Origin: Candidatus Zixiibacteriota bacterium
GTDB lineage: Bacteria > Zixibacteria > MSB-5A5 > UBA10806 > 4484-95
DNA length: 64,000 bases
Assembly (NCBI GenBank): GCA_037441845.1
Contig: JBBIRK010000002.1
Span: forward strand, 94,854 to 158,853
Direction: 5' to 3'
Positions 59,223-64,000 of this stretch are shown here, in pieces. The translations under genes and the position numbers were made by a program. Numbering within the stretch: position 1 is the stretch's first letter; the number at the start of each line of letters is the position of its first letter. Under the pieces are notes generated by a model that was not told the DNA's origin, did no database searches, and saw only the letters and a program-made list of their open reading frames with translations.

Positions 59223-60461
59223 TCAAGTCTTGCTTCCATTCGCCGTTTTTCTCGGATCGGGTACTTTCAATAGAATAATCGTCCCCGCCGTCACCATCAG
59301 AAACATTGCGCCGACCGCTATCCGATATTTAATGGCGCCCAGCGATTGCAGGGCGTAAATTATCGCCCCCCAGATTATCGGGCCGATCACCGCCGCCATC
59401 CGCCCCGACAACGAAAACAGCCCGAAATACTCCCCCAGCTTTTTGTCATCGTTGACCAGACCGATAAGCAACGGCCTCTCGGCGGTCCAGAACCCGCCCA
59501 ATGCGCACCCGGCGATCAAGCCCCAAACGAAAAGCACTCCCCTACCCGGAAAAACAACTATTCCCGCCAAAGCAATCATCCAAAAAACCGCTGAGGCTAT
59601 CAGCATTATGCGGGCTCCGTATTTTTGCGTAAAAAATCCCCAAATCAACGATCCCACTGCGGTGAAAAAGGTCACCACGATCAAGAAAAAGGTCACTTCG
59701 TCCAGACCGACCCCACCGATCGTCCTATCACCCATTCCGGCCGCATTTATCAAATAAACCGCCATGAAAAGTATGATCGTTTCGACCGCCTCGATTATGA
59801 AAAAACGGCCGACCAAAAGCCTGATCATGCCCGGTATTCGGCCGGCCCGCCGTAGAGACGCCGCCAATCCCAAAGTCGCCGAATCCGAAGCGGCGGTTTT
59901 GATTCCGGAATTGTCATAATCTTTCACCCAGACGAAAGTGGGGATCGAAAACAAAAAGAAAAGCAAGGCGGTCCAGAAATAAGGAAAATCGATCACCCGG
60001 TTCAATGTCGCCACCAGAAACAGGCCGGTGATACTGCCGCAATACCCCAGCGAAACCCCCAAACCCGAAATAAACGCCAGCTTGTCCGGAGGTGCGACCG
60101 CCGGCAGAAGCGCATTGTAATATACCAGAGCGGCTTCATAGCAAAAAATGGCCGACCCGAAAAATGCCAGTGAAATTGTCAGGTTGCCGGTGGCGCCAAG
60201 CATAATCGTCAACAAACAGCATATCAAGGTGAAAATCACCAATGGCTGCTTCCTTCGATTATGCCGATCCGCCAACGCCCCCAAAACCGGCATCGTGAAA
60301 GCCACCAGAACCATAGCCGAGGATCGAGCTATCCCCACGGAAAGATCGGATCCTCCAAGAGTGTTGATAGCGAATATCGGAAAATACCGCGATACCACGT
60401 TCATCGAGAACATGGTGTTGGCGAAATCATACCCCGCCCAACTCAATATCTTGCGATTCAT
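59223..60461 (-). CDS. MFS transporter
   Basis: About 412 aa from the internal Met (MNRKILSW...). 12 predicted TM helices and an R/K-rich loop between TM2 and TM3. Confidence 0.7.
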   Translation of the reverse strand: MNRKILSWAGYDFANTMFSMNVVSRYFPIFAINTLGGSDLSVGIARSSAMVLVAFTMPVLGALADRHNRRKQPLVIFTLICCLLTIMLGATGNLTISLAFFGSAIFCYEAALVYYNALLPAVAPPDKLAFISGLGVSLGYCGSITGLFLVATLNRVIDFPYFWTALLFFLFSIPTFVWVKDYDNSGIKTAASDSATLGLAASLRRAGRIPGMIRLLVGRFFIIEAVETIILFMAVYLINAAGMGDRTIGGVGLDEVTFFLIVVTFFTAVGSLIWGFFTQKYGARIMLIASAVFWMIALAGIVVFPGRGVLFVWGLIAGCALGGFWTAERPLLIGLVNDDKKLGEYFGLFSLSGRMAAVIGPIIWGAIIYALQSLGAIKYRIAVGAMFLMVTAGTIILLKVPDPRKTANGSKT

Positions 60462-60784
60462 TTCAAGCTCAGTATCAGCGCCGCTCCGATCGCGGCTCCG
60501 CAAAAATCCGCCGCCAGGTCTTTCCACGACGAATGTTCGCCCGGACGCCCGGCATCCATCACCTCTTTCAAACCGCCCAGCGAAAACGAAATGCAAAAAC
60601 CACCGGCGGCGGCGCTTTCGCCGCCGATACGAAAATGATTTTTAGCCACGAATCCGCAGGATACGCTCATGAAAGCCGAGATCGCCGCGTGTTCGAATTT
60701 ATCCGAACCCAGCCAACTATCGGCGGACTCCGCCCCTGCCGTCGCCGCTGAAAATAATTGAACAAGCACTATTATCGACGCCAT
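60458..60784 (-). CDS. Small secreted/lipoprotein-like protein, possibly DUF2279 (YfiM-like)
   Basis: About 108 aa from the internal Met. Signal peptide, DKFEH and SWKDL motifs. Weak assignment. Confidence 0.35.
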   Translation of the reverse strand: MASIIVLVQLFSAATAGAESADSWLGSDKFEHAAISAFMSVSCGFVAKNHFRIGGESAAAGGFCISFSLGGLKEVMDAGRPGEHSSWKDLAADFCGAAIGAALILSLK

Positions 60785-60885
60785 TCCGACTATCGATATT
60801 CCGCGGCGCGGCAAGCCGAGCGTTCGCGTTATCGACCGATCAACGTTTCTGAACGGTCTTTTCTTGGAAACGCGCCAACTTCTAT

Positions 60886-62823
60886 TTAATTCGAGAATTT
60901 CCAGTTGAATACCCACCAGACCGTGCCCGGCGGCATCGAGTATTCGCCCCAAAGTTTATAATCATTGCCGATAATAAAATCGAAAACATTGCTCCCGATC
61001 ACATGAAAATCGAACGACCCGTAACGAATCCCCGCCGCGCAATCGAGCACTGCGAAAGGCCCGTATTCAACATCGACGAAACCGTAGTAACAGCGGCGGC
61101 CGCAGTAACGCGCCTGCGCCTGCGCCGATAAATCGACATCCCGCAACGCCCCTTTCCAGATCACCTCGCTTTCCGCGAAACCAATAAAGGCCGGCGAATG
61201 CCGTTCCCCCCATTCGGTCGTCTTCGGAGAGTAAAGAAAAGATGTCATACCGGCCCGCGAATGAAGATACTCGCCGAGTCCGGTTTCAAAAGTCAGCGTG
61301 ATCACCGCCCGATCGTAATCTATCGCCGTCGGCCGAGCCGACCATATCCCGGAGGAATCGGTCAGCCGCCAGTAGCTGTCCCCGGTCACCTTCTCATACG
61401 AAACCGAGAAGTCCGATTTCAAAAACGCAAACGGATTCCAGCGACCGAAAAGCAACGCATAAAGCGTCGATTTCGCCGGCGCAGAAGTTACCGTCACGAT
61501 CCTGTATTCATCTATTTCCACCAATCCGGAATAGTTTACCGAAAACGTCGGCGTTCCGAAATAAACGGCATAAGGATCGTAATCCGAATCATGATATCCG
61601 CCGTGTATCCCGAAACCGACATCTTCTTCATTCCTTTCATAACCGATATCGACCGCCCCTGCCGTTCGGCCGGGATCGCTATTGCGCAAGCGCACAGCTA
61701 ATTCCAACCGATCGGCCGACGTCACGCGCAATGAATCGCAAGCGAATATCGAATATTGCTTGAGGGCTTTCGTATAAGCTCCTTGGCCGTATTGCCTTAG
61801 CTCTTTGTAGGCGAACGCCAGCCGTAACTTGTTCCGACCGCCGATGAAATCCACTCCCAAAGCGGCCATTTTCGTTTTATCCGCCGGCCAGGCTTTCGGC
61901 GAAATATAAAGGCCGCCGGCTTTCACCTCGTTCTTTTGATACAGCAGATCGGAAAACATCGTGACTTTCGCACCGCGATTATGTTCGTAATGCAATCGAT
62001 GCCTGATTATATCGCTTTTTGCTCTAAACGAGGGCGGCACGATCCGATCGAACTGCAGTATCCCTTGTTCCGATTTATTTTCATAAAAACCGTATTGGAA
62101 TTCCCCGACATTCCTGAAACTTCCGGCTAACGAACCCGATACACCGAATCCGTCGTAATCGGCCCCGCTGGTGTAATAGCTTCTTGACTTCTTGAAACCC
62201 ACGCAAAATGTTCCCGCCAGCCGGCTGCTGAAATTTCTGCTGAAACGCCAAGCCGTCCGCTCGTAGCCGTAGGGACCGCGGGCGACGGTTATGCTCGATG
62301 GGTTGTTCTGCGGCGGCCGGACCTGCGATCGGACCGAAAGAACCGTTCCCTGGGTCGTTAAATCGAGATGATTCAGCCGGGTCAATTCTACTTTCCCCGG
62401 ATTCTCGAACATAACTACATTCAAATCCGGCCCGCTTCTTTCGGGAACGAATAGTCCTTGCTGATAAAACGGCAAACCATCGACAACCACTCCCTGCCCG
62501 CCAAGTAAAATCGATTTGACCAGAATTTCCGGCTGACCCTCCGGACCATGCTGAAGCGGGAAGATGCCGCCCTCGAACCAAAGCAGATCGCCAAGCGTCT
62601 TGGCAAACGGCCGCTTCTTCGTCAGATCAAAATCCTCTCCGACCGGCTGCCGATCGTCTTTCTCCTGAGCAACCGTATCCATCGCGGCGGTGATTTCAGC
62701 CGAATCGGGAACCGCCAAAATCTCTTCGGAAGGCTCTTCGGTCGCGCCGATCCCCGCCAAAAATATCAGCCCGATATAGACCAGCACCCCGATCAATCGA
62801 GCAACGGATAAACCGCTTTCCAT
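60886..62823 (-). CDS. Putative outer-membrane beta-barrel protein (TonB-dependent-receptor-like plug segment)
   Basis: 645 aa. Signal peptide. A plug-like segment (VKSILLGGQGVVVDGLPFY). Alternating-hydrophobic beta-strand character and an aromatic-rich C-terminal region. Confidence 0.45.
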   Translation of the reverse strand: MESGLSVARLIGVLVYIGLIFLAGIGATEEPSEEILAVPDSAEITAAMDTVAQEKDDRQPVGEDFDLTKKRPFAKTLGDLLWFEGGIFPLQHGPEGQPEILVKSILLGGQGVVVDGLPFYQQGLFVPERSGPDLNVVMFENPGKVELTRLNHLDLTTQGTVLSVRSQVRPPQNNPSSITVARGPYGYERTAWRFSRNFSSRLAGTFCVGFKKSRSYYTSGADYDGFGVSGSLAGSFRNVGEFQYGFYENKSEQGILQFDRIVPPSFRAKSDIIRHRLHYEHNRGAKVTMFSDLLYQKNEVKAGGLYISPKAWPADKTKMAALGVDFIGGRNKLRLAFAYKELRQYGQGAYTKALKQYSIFACDSLRVTSADRLELAVRLRNSDPGRTAGAVDIGYERNEEDVGFGIHGGYHDSDYDPYAVYFGTPTFSVNYSGLVEIDEYRIVTVTSAPAKSTLYALLFGRWNPFAFLKSDFSVSYEKVTGDSYWRLTDSSGIWSARPTAIDYDRAVITLTFETGLGEYLHSRAGMTSFLYSPKTTEWGERHSPAFIGFAESEVIWKGALRDVDLSAQAQARYCGRRCYYGFVDVEYGPFAVLDCAAGIRYGSFDFHVIGSNVFDFIIGNDYKLWGEYSMPPGTVWWVFNWKFSN

Positions 62824-63326
62824 ACTCTCCCCATCAGAGGTTCCGCAAGGCCGAATATCAGACCGTTGGCCGCCATATGAACAAGCGAAAACGCTATCCC
62901 CGAATAAACCGCCGGTTTCAATGCGCCTATAGTCAATCCCCAGGCGGCGTTCGTCAACAGATCATACACGAACGTCAAAAAAACGCCGGTCGCCGCGCAA
63001 AACGTCATTCCGATCAGGCGCCGGTTATTGGCCAGAATTATTTTCCCGAATGCCGCGCCGGCCAATCCGAACAATAGATAGCCAACGATTTGAGCTATCC
63101 CCACCAAAAGAACCGTCTGCGGCCCGTTAGGATTGAACAGAATGTAAATCGTTCCGGCGATAAGAGGAACCGAAATACCTCCCCACAGACCCAAAAATAT
63201 CCCCGACAAGAAAAGGCAGAGTTCGAAAAACTTTACGTTGGGTATGCCGGCAAGCGGATATGTTATGGCCAGCGCCAGCGCCGACAACAGACCGGCGGCC
63301 GCTATCCTGCGTATTCGTTTTTTCAA
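62793..63326 (-). CDS. Small polytopic membrane protein (ECF-transporter S-component-like)
   Basis: 177 aa, five or six TM helices. Assignment by size and topology only. Confidence 0.4.
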   Translation of the reverse strand: MKKRIRRIAAAGLLSALALAITYPLAGIPNVKFFELCLFLSGIFLGLWGGISVPLIAGTIYILFNPNGPQTVLLVGIAQIVGYLLFGLAGAAFGKIILANNRRLIGMTFCAATGVFLTFVYDLLTNAAWGLTIGALKPAVYSGIAFSLVHMAANGLIFGLAEPLMGRVWKAVYPLLD

Positions 63327-63331
63327 AACCG

Positions 63332-64000
63332 TTATCTTATTATGGCGAATTTCCCCGAACCGCTCTTGCCGCCCGCCCTAATTTTTATGAAATAAACGCC
63401 GCCGGCGGGAACGCCGCCCGCAATGTTTTTTATATCCCAATTCAAGTAATGATATCCCGGCTGATTGGCGTTGACCACGACCTCTTGAATGTTTTCGAAC
63501 CGGTAAATCAGATCCCCGGAGACATTGAAAATCCTTATGTCTATATCCCCTTCATCGACCGTTTCGGACAGGAAATAACGCAGGGTCGCTTCCTCATGCA
63601 AATCGCCGATCAAAGGATTCGGATAAATATGCGCATAAACCTCACGCCGCGCCGCCAGGATATAAAAACTCACCAATTTGGCGTCGTAACCGCTGCTGTC
63701 GGAGGCTATTAACCGTATATTGAAAGTGGTCCCCACCCGATCTTCCGGCGCGCAGAATGTCAACCGGCCGGTTCCATCGCCTAAGTCGGAAAAAGACACT
63801 TCCGCCAGTGTGTCATCCGGACAGCTCAATATTATCGAATCGCCGTCCGCATCGACCGCGGATACCGCCAATGTCGTGCATGACCCCGCCTTTATCGATA
63901 TCTGCGCCGGCAAATCGGAAAGCAGCGGCGCGCCGCCGACCAGTAATGAATCATAAGCCACATGAATATGATATCCCGCCGGATCGTATCCCGGAGCCAG
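63332..64000 (-). CDS. Secreted protein with T9SS/FlgD-Ig-like C-terminal sorting domain (5'-partial, runs off window)
   Basis: C-terminus GVYFIKIRAGG...KFAIIR. The reading frame stays open to position 64000 with no start codon confirmed. Confidence 0.6.
   Translation of the reverse strand: MAPGYDPAGYHIHVAYDSLLVGGAPLLSDLPAQISIKAGSCTTLAVSAVDADGDSIILSCPDDTLAEVSFSDLGDGTGRLTFCAPEDRVGTTFNIRLIASDSSGYDAKLVSFYILAARREVYAHIYPNPLIGDLHEEATLRYFLSETVDEGDIDIRIFNVSGDLIYRFENIQEVVVNANQPGYHYLNWDIKNIAGGVPAGGVYFIKIRAGGKSGSGKFAIIR

Noticed and set aside
1-64000. CRISPR arrays, rRNA, tmRNA, RNase P, integrases, transposases, toxin-antitoxin pairs and known defence systems
   Set aside because: I found no short regularly spaced repeats. 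I found no integrase, transposase or reverse-transcriptase motifs. I found no second tRNA-like element. The only repeats found are the paralog gene-conversion tract and its terminators.

Overview
The window is a 64 kb, roughly 58% GC chromosomal segment. It is densely coded with standard Shine-Dalgarno sites, and no rRNA, CRISPR array or obvious mobile element is present. It most likely comes from an uncultivated anaerobe in or near the FCB group, because at least seven proteins carry the type IX secretion (T9SS) C-terminal sorting domain.

Content, left to right:
- A reverse-transsulfuration pair (a CysK/CBS-family PLP enzyme and a cystathionine gamma-lyase/synthase enzyme) followed by a BshB1-like PIG-L deacetylase.
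- tadA, a small membrane protein and tRNA-Ser(CGA).
- A secreted MBL-fold hydrolase with a C-terminal dockerin module, and a TPR protein.
- An 11-gene co-directional housekeeping block on the minus strand: cysS, M42 aminopeptidase, HAD hydrolase, ddl, DedA, queA, DUF2905, ruvB, ruvA, ruvC, yebC.
- An ornithine cyclodeaminase-family gene.
- A respiratory operon encoding a Rieske protein, a fused cytochrome b6/subunit-IV-type cytochrome b and an octaheme (8x CXXCH) HAO-like cytochrome c, followed by two accessory genes. Upstream are a Crp/Fnr regulator and a perfect TTGACTTAAGTCAA palindrome.
- A tandem array of four paralogous T9SS-sorted secreted proteins. The 3' ends and terminators of copies 3 and 4 are about 99.8% identical over about 408 bp.
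- A sigma-54 NtrC-type regulator.
- A thermonuclease fused to an Ada-type zinc-binding domain, a UbiE/MenG methyltransferase and a polyprenyl diphosphate synthase.
- Three consecutive multi-GAF sensor proteins, two of them hybrid histidine kinases.
- An OPT oligopeptide transporter.
- A pilMNOPQ type IV pilus assembly operon with an AMIN-PilP fusion, plus a GspH/FimT-type pseudopilin.
- T9SS-sorted M1 and M36/M4-like metalloproteases.
- A zinc-ribbon/CarboxypepD_reg/PEGA/TPR protein, a CPBP protease, tryptophanase, an MFS transporter, a putative outer-membrane protein and a further partial T9SS cargo gene at the window edge.

All protein calls rest on recognisable motifs and on recalled family signatures read from the supplied translations. 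No database searches were run.
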